A stretch of DNA of 64,000 nucleotides. Origin: Centroscyllium fabricii (lineage: Eukaryota). Shown here one piece after another: positions 14,501-24,937 of this stretch. How positions within the stretch are numbered: the first letter of the stretch is position 1; the number at the start of each line of letters is the position of its first letter. The position numbers and the translations under genes are program-made. The stretch is from assembly GCA_051313645.2 (NCBI GenBank), contig JBNRSN020000354.1, positions 1-64,000 on the forward strand. Reading direction: 5' to 3'. The notes below the pieces were generated by a model. It searched no databases, was not told the origin of the DNA, and saw nothing but the letters and a program-made list of their open reading frames with translations.

Positions 14501-17500
14501 GGGGGTCACTGATCCGGGGCCCTGCACTTGGCCTCAGTACCCTGCCTGTGATGGGGTGACTGATCCCGGGCCCTGGACTTGGCCTCAGTACCCTGCCTGT
14601 GATGGGGTGACTGATCCGGGGCCCTGCACTTGGCCTCAGTACCCTGCCTGTGACGGGGGTGACTGATCCGGGGCTCTGGACTTGGCCTCAGTACCCTGCC
14701 TGTGACGGGGGTGACTGATCCGGGGCCCTGGACTTGGCCTCAGTACCCTGCCTGTGACGGGGGTGACTGATCCGGGGCCCTGTACTTGGCCTCAGTACCC
14801 TGCCTGTGATGGTGGTCACTGATCCGGGGCCCTGGACTTGGCCTCAGTACCCTGCCTGTGATGGGGTGACTGATCCGGGGCCCTGGACTTGGCCTCAGTA
14901 CCCTGCCTGTGACGGGGGTGACTGATCTGGGGCCCTGGACTTGGCCTCAGTACCCTGCCTGTGACGGTGGTCACTGATCCGGGGCCCTGGACTTGGCCTC
15001 AGTACCCTGCCTGTGATGGTGGTCACTGATCCGGGGCCCTGGACTTGGCCTCAGTACCCTGCCTGTGACGGGGGTGACTGATCTGGGGCCCTGGACTTGG
15101 CCTCAGTACCCTGCCTGTGATGGGGTCACTGATCCGGGGCTCTGCACTTGGCCTCAGTACCCTGCCTGTGACGGGGTCACTTATCCGGAGCCCTGCACTT
15201 GGCCTCAGTACCCTGCCTGTGATGGGGGTCACTGATCCGGGGCCCTGCACTTGGCCTCAGTACCCTGCCTGTGACGGGGTCACTGATCCGGGGCCCTGCA
15301 CTTGGCCTCAGTACCCTGCCTGTGATGGGGTCACTAATCCGGGGCTCTGCACTTGGCCTCAGTACCCTGCCTGTGACGGGGTCACTGATCCGGGGCCCTG
15401 CACTTGGCCTCAGTACCCTGCCTGTGACGGGGGTCACTGATCCGGGGCTCTGGACTTGGCCTCAGTACCCTGCCTGTGATGGGGTGACTGATCCGGGGCC
15501 CTGCACTTGGCCTCAGTACCCTGCCTGTGATGGGGTGACTGATCCGGGGCCCTGGACTTGGCCTCAGTACCCTGCCTGTGATGGGGTGACTGATCCGGGG
15601 CCCTGGACTTGGCCTCAGTACCCTGCCTGTGACGGGGGTGACTGATCCGGGGCCCTGGACTTGGCCTCAGTACCCTGCCTGTGATGGGGTGACTGATCCG
15701 GGGCCCTGGACTTGGCCTCAGTACCCTGCCTGTGACGGGGGTGACTGATCTGGGGCCCTGGACTTGGCCTCAGTACCCTGCCTGTGACGGTGGTCACTGA
15801 TCCGGGGCCCTGGACTTGGCCTCAGTACCCTGCCTGTGACGGTGGTCACTGATCCGGGGCCCTGGACTTGGCCTCAGTACCCTGCCTGTGACGGGGGTGA
15901 CTGATCTGGGGCCCTGGACTTGGCCTCAGTACCCTGCCTGTGACGGTGGTCACTGATCCGGGGCCCTGGACTTGGCCTCAGTACCCTGCCTGTGATGGGG
16001 GTGACTGATCCGGGGCCCTGTACTTGCCCTCAGTACCCTGCCTGTGACTAGGGTCACTGATCTGGGGCTCTGCACTTGGCCTCAGTACCCTGCCTGTGAT
16101 GGGGTCACTGATCCGGGGCTCTGCACTTGGCCTCAGTACCCTGCCTGTGACGGGGTCACTTATCCGGAGCCCTGCACTTGGCCTCAGTACCCTGCCTGTG
16201 ATGGGGGTCACTGATCCGGGGCCCTGCACTTGGCCTCAGTACCCTGCCTGTGACGGGGTCACTGATCCGGGGCCCTGCACTTGGCCTCAGTACCCTGCCT
16301 GTGATGGGGTCACTAATCCGGGGCTCTGCACTTGGCCTCAGTACCCTGCCTGTGACGGGGTCACTGATCCGGGGCCCTGCACTTGGCCTCAGTACCCTGC
16401 CTGTGATGGGGTCACTGATCCAGGGCTGTGCCCTTGGCCTCAGTACCCTGCCTGTGACGGGGTCACTGATCCGGGGCCCTGCACTTGGCCTCAGTACCCT
16501 GCCTGTGACGGGAGTCACTGATCCAGGGCTGTGCCCTTGGCCTCAGTACCCTGCCTGTGATGGGGTCACTGATCCGGGCCACTGCACTTGGCCTCAGTAC
16601 CCTGCCTGTGACGGGAGTCACTGATCCGGGGCCCTGGATTGGCCTCAGTACCCTGCCTGTGATGGGGTCACTGATCCGGGCCACTGCACTTGGCCTCAGT
16701 ACCCTGCCTGTGACGGGAGTCACTGATCCGGGGCCCTGCACTTGGCCTCAGTACCCTGCCTGTGATGGGGTGACTGATCAGGGCCACTGCACTTGGCCTC
16801 AGTACCCTGCCTGTGACGGTGGTCACTGATCCGGGGCCCTGGACTTGGCCTCAGTACCCTGCCTGTGACGGGAGTCACTGATCCGGGGCCCTGCACTTGG
16901 CCTCAGTACCCTGCCTGTGATGGGAGTCACTGATCCGGGGCCCTGGATTGGCCTCAGTACCCTGCCTGTGATGGGGTCACTGATCCGGGCCACTGCACTT
17001 GGCCTCAGTACCCTGCCTGTGACGGTGGTCACTGATCCGGGGCCCTGGACTTGGCCTCAGTACCCTGCCTGTGACGGGAGTCACTGATCCGGGGCCCTGC
17101 ACTTGGCCTCAGTACCCTGCCTGTGATGGGAGTCACTGATCCGGGGCCCTGCACTTGGCCTCAGTACCCTGCCTGTGATGGGGTGACTGATCCCGGGCCT
17201 TGGACTTGGCCTCAGTACCCTGCCTGTGATGGGGTGACTGATCCGGGGCCCTGGACTTGGCCTCAGTACCCTGCCTGTGACGGGAGTCACTGATCCGGGG
17301 CCCTGCACTTGGCCTCAGTACCCTGCCTGTGATGGGGTGACTGATCCGGGGCCCTGGACTTGGCCTCAGTACCCTGCCTGTGACGGGGGTGACTGATCCG
17401 GGGCTCTGGACTTGGCCTCAGTACCCTGCCTGTGACGGGGGTGACTGATCCGGGGCCCTGGACTTGGCCTCAGTACCCTGCCTGTGACGGGGGAGACTGA

Positions 17501-20500
17501 TCCGGGGCCCTGTACTTGGCCTCAGTACCCTGCCTGTGATGGTGGTCACTGATCCGGGGCCCTGGACTTGGCCTCAGTACCCTGCCTGTGATGGGGTGAC
17601 TGATCCGGGGCCCTGGACTTGGCCTCATTACCCTGCCTGTGACGGGGGTGACTGATCTGGGGCCCTGGACTTGGCCTCAGTACCCTGCCTGTGACGGTGG
17701 TCACTGATCCGGGGCCCTGGACTTGGCCTCAGTACCCTGCCTGTGACGGTGGTCACTGATCCGGGGCCCTGGACTTGGCCTCAGTACCCTGCCTGTGACG
17801 GGAGTCACTGATCCGGGGCCCTGCACTTGGCCTCAGTACCCTGCCTGTGATGGGGTGACTGATCCCGGGCCCTGGACTTGGCCTCAGTACCCTGCCTGTG
17901 ATGGGGTGACTGATCCGGGGCCCTGCACTTGGCCTCAGTACCCTGCCTGTGACGGGGGTCACTGATCCGGGGCTCTGGACTTGGCCTCAGTACCCTGCCT
18001 GTGATGGGGTGACTGATCCGGGGCCCTGGACTTGGCCTCAGTACCCTGCCTGTGACGGGGGTGACTGATCCGGAGCTCTGGACTTGGCCTCAGTACCCTG
18101 CCTGTGACGCGGGTGACTCATCCGGGGCCCTGGACTTGGCCTCAGTACCCTGCCTGTGACGGGGGTGACTGATCCGGGGCCCTGTACTTGGCCTCAGTAC
18201 CCTGCCTGTGATGGTGGTCACTGATCCGGGGCCCTGGACTTGGCCTCAGTACCCTGCCTGTGATGGGGTGACTGATCCGGGGCCCTGGACTTGGCCTCAG
18301 TACCCTGCCTGTGACGGGGGTGACTGATCTGGGGCCCTGGACTTGGCCTCAGTACCCTGCCTGTGATGGGGTGACTGATCCCGGGCCTTGGACTTGGCCT
18401 CAGTACCCTGCCTGTGATGGGGTGACTGATCCGGGGCCCTGGACTTGGCCTCAGTACCCTGCCTGTGACGGGAGTCACTGATCCGGGGCCCTGCACTTGG
18501 CCTCAGTACCCTGCCTGTGATGGGGTGACTGATCCGGGGCCCTGGACTTGGCCTCAGTACCCTGCCTGTGACGGGGGTGACTGATCCGGGGCTCTGGACT
18601 TGGCCTCAGTACCCTGCCTGTGACGGGGGTGACTGATCCGGGGCCCTGGACTTGGCCTCAGTACCCTGCCTGTGACGGTGGAGACTGATCCGGGGCCCTG
18701 TACTTGGCCTCAGTACCCTGCCTGTGATGGTGGTCACTGATCCGGGGCCCTGGACTTGGCCTCAGTACCCTGCCTGTGATGGGGTGACTGATCCGGGGCC
18801 CTGGACTTGGCCTCATTACCCTGCCTGTGACGGGGGTGACTGATCTGGGGCCCTGGACTTGGCCTCAGTACCCTGCCTGTGACGGTGGTCACTGATCCGG
18901 GGCCCTGGACTTGGCCTCAGTACCCTGCCTGTGATGGTGGTCACTGATCCGGGGCCCTGGACTTGGCCTCAGTACCCTGCCTGTGACGGGAGTCACTGAT
19001 CCGGGGCCCTGCACTTGGCCTCAGTACCCTGCCTGTGATGGGGTGACTGATCCCGGGCCCTGGACTTGGCCTCAGTACCCTGCCTGTGATGGGGTGACTG
19101 ATCCGGGGCCCTGCACTTGGCCTCAGTACCCTGCCTGTGACGGGGGTCACTGATCCGGGGCTCTGGACTTGGCCTCAGTACCCTGCCTGTGATGGGGTGA
19201 CTGATCCGGGGCCCTGGACTTGGCCTCAGTACCCTGCCTGTGACGGGGGTGACTGATCCGGAGCTCTGGACTTGGCCTCAGTACCCTGCCTGTGACGCGG
19301 GTGACTCATACGGGGCCCTGGACTTGGCCTCAGTACCCTGCCTGTGACGGGGGTGACTGATCCGGGGCCCTGTACTTGGCCTCAGTACCCTGCCTGTGAT
19401 GGTGGTCACTGATCCGGGGCCCTGGACTTGGCCTCAGTACCCTGCCTGTGATGGGGTGACTGATCCGGGGCCCTGGACTTGGCCTCAGTACCCTGCCTGT
19501 GACGGGGGTGACTGATCTGGGGCCCTGGACTTGGCCTCAGTACCCTGCCTGTGACGGTGGTCACTGATCCGGGGCCCTGGACTTGGCCTCAGTACCCTGC
19601 CTGTGACGGTGGTCACTGATCCGGGGCCCTGGACTTGGCCTCAGTACCCTGCCTGTGACGGGGGTGACTGATCTGGGGCCCTGGACTTGGCCTCACTACC
19701 CTGCCTGTGACGGTGGTCACTGATCCGGGGCCCTGGACTTGGCCTCAGTACCCTGCCTGTGACGGGGGTGACTGATCCGGGGCCCTGTACTTGGCCTCAG
19801 TACCCTGCCTGTGACGGGGGTCACTGAGACGGGGCTCTGCACTTGGCCTCAGTACTCTGCCTGTGATGGGGTCACTGATCCGGGGCTCTGCACTTGGCCT
19901 CAGTACCCTGCCTGTGACGGGGTCACTTATCCGGAGCCCTGCACTTGGCCTCAGTACCCTGCCTGTGATGGGGGTCACTGATCCGGGGCCCTGCACTTGG
20001 CCTCAGTACCCTGCCTGTGACGGGGTCACTGATCCGGGGCCCTGCACTTGGCCTCAGTACCCTGCCTGTGATGGGGTCACTGATCCGGGGCTCTGCACTT
20101 GGCCTCAGTACCCTGCCTGTGACGGGGTCACTGATCCGGGGCCCTGCACTTGGCCTCAGTACCCTGCCTGTGATGGGGTCACTGATCCAGGGCTGTGCCC
20201 TTGGCCTCAGTACCCTGCCTGTGACGGGGTCACTGATCCGGGGCCCTGCACTTGGCCTCAGTACCCTGCCTGTGACGGGAGTCACTGATCCAGGGCTGTG
20301 CCCTTGGCCTCAGTACCCTGCCTGTGATGGGGTCACTGATCCGGGCCACTGCACTTGGCCTCAGTACCCTGCCTGTGACGGGAGTCACTGATCCGGGGCC
20401 CTGGGCTTGGCCTCAGTACCCTGCCTGTGATGGGTCACTGATCCAGGGCCCTGCACTTGGCCTCAGTACCCTGCCTGTGATGGGGTCACTGATCCGGGGC

Positions 20501-20890
20501 TCTGCACTTGGCCTCAGTACCCTGCCTGTGACGGGGTCACTGATCCGGGGCCCTGCACTTGGCCTCAGTACCCTGCCTGTGATGGGGTCACTGATCCAGG
20601 GCTGTGCCCTTGGCCTCAGTACCCTGCCTGTGACGGGGTCACTGATCCGGGGCCCTGCACTTGGCCTCAGTACCCTGCCTGTGACGGGAGTCACTGATCC
20701 AGGGCTGTGCCCTTGGCCTCAGTACCCTGCCTGTGATGGGGTCACTGATCCGGGCCACTGCACTTGGCCTCAGTACCCTGCCTGTGACGGGAGTCACTGA
20801 TCCGGGGCCCTGGGCTTGGCCTCAGTACCCTGCCTGTGATGGGTCACTGATCCAGGCCACTGCACTTGGCCTCAGTACCCTGCCTGTGAC
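2529..20890. repeat. GC-rich tandem satellite, 51/52-bp unit CCTGTGAYGGGGTCACTGATCCGGGGCCCTGCACTTGGCCTCAGTACCCTG, about 355 copies, with higher-order duplications
   Basis: Seen directly. Identical ORF-track entries recur at offsets of 5416, 4125, 1188 and 409 bp. Confidence 0.99.
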
Positions 20891-21442
20891 AGGGGCACAG
20901 ACAAGGCCACTGTACCCTGTGGCTGTGATTTGCTCCACTGTCAATGTCTGGGTTCATCGCCATTTTCGTGAGGTGATGGGTCGCCACCTTCCCCTCTTGG
21001 GAAGCAGTGAGATCCAGCGCCTGCGTAGTGGGGTGGGGCATGGATATTGTTGAAGTCAGACTGCCCTGGTTTTGTCTTGTGCTTGGAATCATTTATCTCC
21101 TGCCAGTCATTAAAATCAAGATTCATTTTTGACCCACACTCTGGCTCGTGTGTGTTGGTTTGTGTTGGTTTACCAGTGCAGTGTGGATTTGTGCACACAA
21201 TCTCTCACATGGGACATTATGGTATTCAGTACAAATGGAGGTGCATTCCTGACAAGGAGCAGACAATTGGAAAGCAAATCAGTATGTACTAGCAACTCTT
21301 ACCCACCTGAAAAAGTAGTCAACCCTCCCTCTTGATGAGGGACTGGCATGTGCCATGGCAAGTAGATGGGTAACAGTCTGCTTCTAGTATTTGTTTTCCG
21401 CAATCAAAATCACTGGTATATTTGTGTTTCAGCTCTGTCACA

Positions 21443-21607
21443 ATGATGTCCTCTAAGAGGCTGGCAGACGTGGGTTACAAGATGTTCTCTGGATCAATGA
21501 TGTTACTGACGGTATATGGTGGTTATCTGTGCAGTGTCCGTGCGTACCGCTACTTCCAGAGGAAAAAGGCCATAAAGGCATCAGCCGAAAATCAAACCAG
21601 TGGCTGA
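21443..21607 (+). CDS. COX14: Cytochrome c oxidase assembly factor COX14 (54 aa; second in-frame ATG at 21446)
   Basis: [42 protein letters not shown] closely matches human COX14 as recalled ([35 protein letters not shown]). Acceptor TTTGTGTTTCAG ends at 21432, 10 nt before the ATG. It lies tail-to-tail with a CERS gene, as human COX14/CERS5 do. Confidence 0.95.
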   Translation: MMSSKRLADVGYKMFSGSMMLLTVYGGYLCSVRAYRYFQRKKAIKASAENQTSG

Positions 21608-21940
21608 AGGTCTTGCCAGTGAAATGATAAAGGACTAACGGCCATCCTACCCTGGCAAACAAAAGCCCCATTTCCACCATGGGACAAAAGTGAATGATAT
21701 TTAACATGGAGTATGTAACTGCCAGACTTTTGTGAATCAATTTTTTTTAAATCCATTCATTCGAAAATTAAGATGTGGATAAATAGTTTTGGTTGAAAAT
21801 TATTTTCTGCTTTGAGCTTTTTGTGGGGTTTAACTTTTGTTATTTAAGTTTTGACAGCTTAGCTGGCTAATGTTTCTTTAACCAGAATACTGAATTGCAG
21901 CCTCGATTCCCTGCACTCGCAAAGTCAATACATTTTCATA

Positions 21941-22680
21941 ATAACAGAAAACGCTGGAGAAACTCAGCAGGCCAGGCAGCATCGGTGGAGAGAGAGACAG
22001 AGTTGACGTTTCGGGTCGAAGACCTTTCGTCAGAACTGGAGAAGCCAGGAGGGGGGGGAGAGATTTAAAGCTTGTGGGGGCTGGGGAAAGGGGGAGGGGG
22101 GGGCTGAAAGAACAAAGGAAAGATCAGCAACAGGCTAGAAGGCGGGGAAGGTAAGAGATATTTGGAGAAATTGAAGGAACACAGGATGGCTCTGAATAGG
22201 CGTGAACAGCTCTGGCAGAGTAAAGGAAAAAAGCCCAGACGAAAGTGTGGATTGAAAAAAAAAGAGAAAATATATATATATGTAAAAAAGTATGTGGTAG
22301 GGGCCGAGGTTATGATCTGAAATTGTTGAACTCTATGTTTAGTCCAGAGGGCTGGAGAGTGCCTAAGCGAAAGATGAGGTGCTGTTTCTCGAGTTTACGC
22401 TGAGCTTCCGTGGAACAATGCAAGAGGCCACAGACAGTGAGGTCTGAATGGGAGTGGAGTGGAGAATTAAAGTGACAGGCCACCGGGAGCTTGGGGTCCC
22501 CCCTTACAGACTGAACGGAGGTGTTCCGCAAAGCGGTCACCCAATCTGCGTTTGGTCCCTCCGATGTAGAGGAGACACATCGTGAGCAGCGAATACAGTT
22601 TACTAAATTGCAACAAGTACACGTAAATTGCTGTTTCACCTGGAAGGGGTGTTTGGGGCCCTGGACAGTGGGGAGGGAAA
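21941..22680 (-). mobile_element. Penelope-like element 3' fragment (GIY-YIG endonuclease remnant plus terminal repeat)
   Basis: Frameshifted FTCT..NLV.CIRCSRC / YIGGTKRRLGDRFAEHLRSV / PVACHFN / LEKQHLIFRLGTLQPSGLNIEF. Terminal sequence AATAACAGAAAACGCTGGAGAAACTCAGCAGG. Confidence 0.88.
22001..22037 (-). ncRNA. Minimal type I hammerhead ribozyme motif (Penelope-associated)
   Basis: Minus strand reads AGUU-CUGACGA-A-AGGUC-UUC-GACCC-GAAACGUC-AACU: stem I AGUU/AACU, intact core, stem II, palindromic ACGU stem III, GUC site. Confidence 0.7.
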
Positions 22681-23047
22681 ATGTTCTTTTCAAAGAATGA
22701 CCCGAGTAGTTTGGCGTTTGAGATAAATGCCCCCACCACACAATCAGCTGTCCTTTCTTTTACCCTTTCCTCTTTCTCCCCCCTCTCCAAGTTTTTTTTG
22801 ACTGGAACAGGATCACAATTTAAAATAATTGCCCCTGCTGCCCAAGCAGGTAAATACAGCAGCTGGTGTGATACGGAGCAAGACTTGTTCCTTTAACACC
22901 TAAATAACTGATGAGATGAACAATCCCATTTACAGAGGCCTGGTTGTTGATCTGTACAGGATCTAGATTGCAGTTGCAGAGAGGATTTTGAAGTGACAAG
23001 ATTATGCCTGCCACAATAAATTTATTTTTTCTACAGTTAAAAACCCT

Positions 23048-23764
23048 AGGAAGGACAGAGGATCAGAGGGACCTTGGTGTGCATGTACATAGATCCCTGA
23101 AGGCAGCAGGACAGGTGGATACGGTGGTGAAAAAGGCATATGGGATATTTGCCTTCATTAGCCGAGGCATAGAATATAAGAGCAGGGAGGTTATGATGGC
23201 GCTGTACAAAATGCTAGTTAGGCCACAGCTGGAGTCCTGTGTGCAGTTCTGGTCGCCACACTATAGGAAGGATGTGATTGCTTTGGAGAGGGTGCAGAGG
23301 AGATTCACCAGGATGTTATCTGGGCTGGAGCACTTCAGCTATGAAGAAAGACTGGACAGGCTGGGGTTGTTTTCCTTGGAGCAGAGAAGGCTGAGGGGGG
23401 ACCTGATTGAGGTGTACAAAATTATGAGGGGCATAGATAGGGTAGAAAGGAACTTTTTCCCTCAGTAGAGGGGTCAATAACCAGACACCATAGTTTCAGG
23501 GTAAGGGGCAGGCGGTTTAGAGGGGATTTGAGGAAAAACGTTTTCACCCAGAGGGTGGTTGGAGTCTGGAACTCACTGCCTGAAAGGGTGGTAGAGGCAG
23601 GAACCCTCACAACATTCAAGAAGCATTTAAATGAGCACTTGAAACGCCATAGCATGCAAGGCTACGGACTAAGTGCTGGAAAATGGGATTAGAATAGACA
23701 GGGCTTGATGGATGGCGCGGACACGATGGGCCGAAGGGCCTGTTTCTGTGCTGTATGACTATGA
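23048..23764 (+). mobile_element. CR1 LINE, 5'-truncated (ORF2 C-terminus plus 3' UTR)
   Basis: [52 protein letters not shown]; tail CTGTGCTGTATGACTATGAC. Confidence 0.93.
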
Positions 23765-23963
23765 CCACTTATCCACCCCAAATGTCAGTGCTGCAGGTAT
23801 TGTGGAGCAGCCTGGGTTTTCCCTTGATCGTTGACTGGCAGTGGAAGAGGAATTTCAGAGTAGACTGCTTGGCAAGTGAGCTTGTCTGGAAAACAAACAT
23901 GCTGATTGTGCTTCTGTAATGCTAAGGACAGTGGCAGCATAGATCTATTTACTCATACTGAAA

Positions 23964-24470
23964 ATAGAAACATAGAAGATAGGAGCAGGAGTAGGCCATT
24001 CGGCCCCTCGAGCCTGCTCTGCCATTCAATGTGATCATGGCTGATCATCCAAATTCAGTACCTTGTCCCTGCTTTCTCCCCATACCCCTTGATCCCTTTA
24101 GCATTAAGAAATATATCTAACTCCTTCTTGAATATATTTAATGAATTGGCCTCTACAGCCTTCTGTGGTAGAGAATGCCACAGGTTCACCACTCGCTGGG
24201 TGAACAAATTCCTCCTCATCTCAGTCCTAAATGGCCTACCCCTTATCCTTAGACTGTGACCCCTGGTTCTGGACTCCCCCACCATCGGGAACATTCTTCC
24301 TGCATCTAGTCTGTCTAGTCCTAAATTTTAAGTTTCAATGAGATTCCCTCTCTTCTAAACTCCAGCGAGTATAAGCCCAATCGACCCAGTCTCTCCTCAT
24401 ATGTCATTCCTGCCATCCCAGGTATCAGTCTGGTGAATCTTCGCTGCACTCCTTCCATGGCAAGAACATC
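23964..24470 (-). mobile_element. CR1 (HER1-like) LINE 3' fragment
   Basis: MFPMVGESRTRGHSLRIRGRPFRTEMRRNLFTQRVVNLW; CCTATCTTCTATGTTTCTAT tail. Confidence 0.92.
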
Positions 24471-24937
24471 AAAAATATATAGCATTGTAGCCTGCTGCAA
24501 AATCTGGAGTATTACTGCTCATGTACAGGCACATTGGCACTGGTGTGTGTTTCATGTAGCTGCACAACAAATGCATTATTAATTGTAAATCTCTTGATAA
24601 ATATCCTTCGAGTAAAGTAAATGTTATATTAAATCAATCAGTCAGAGTAAAGTAAATGTTATATTAAATCAGTCATTCAGCTCAATCTGCCAGGTCACAA
24701 AATCTACTGAAATGTCCAACCCCCTGCAGAGATTGGGCGATCTCGATTCTGAAATTACATTTCATGACAGAAGTTAATGAAAACCTGGGGCTCAGTGGGT
24801 AGCACTCTCACCTCGAGTCAGAAGGTTGTGGGCTCAAGTCCCACTCCAGGTACTTGAGCACAAAACTCTAGCCTGACATTCCAGTGCAGTACGGAGGGAA
24901 TGCTGCACCGGCAGAGGTACCGTCTTTCGGATGAGAT

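Noticed and set aside
2529-20890. CRISPR-like appearance (constant 24-bp block alternating with a variable block)
   Set aside because: The variable parts are point variants of one sequence, not unique spacers. There are no cas genes and the context is vertebrate.
2687-21053. Cys/Pro-rich repeat ORFs (PACDGVTDPGPCTWPQY)n and other frames
   Set aside because: They arise because 51 is divisible by 3. Frequent 52-bp units shift frame and add stops, with no sign of frame preservation.
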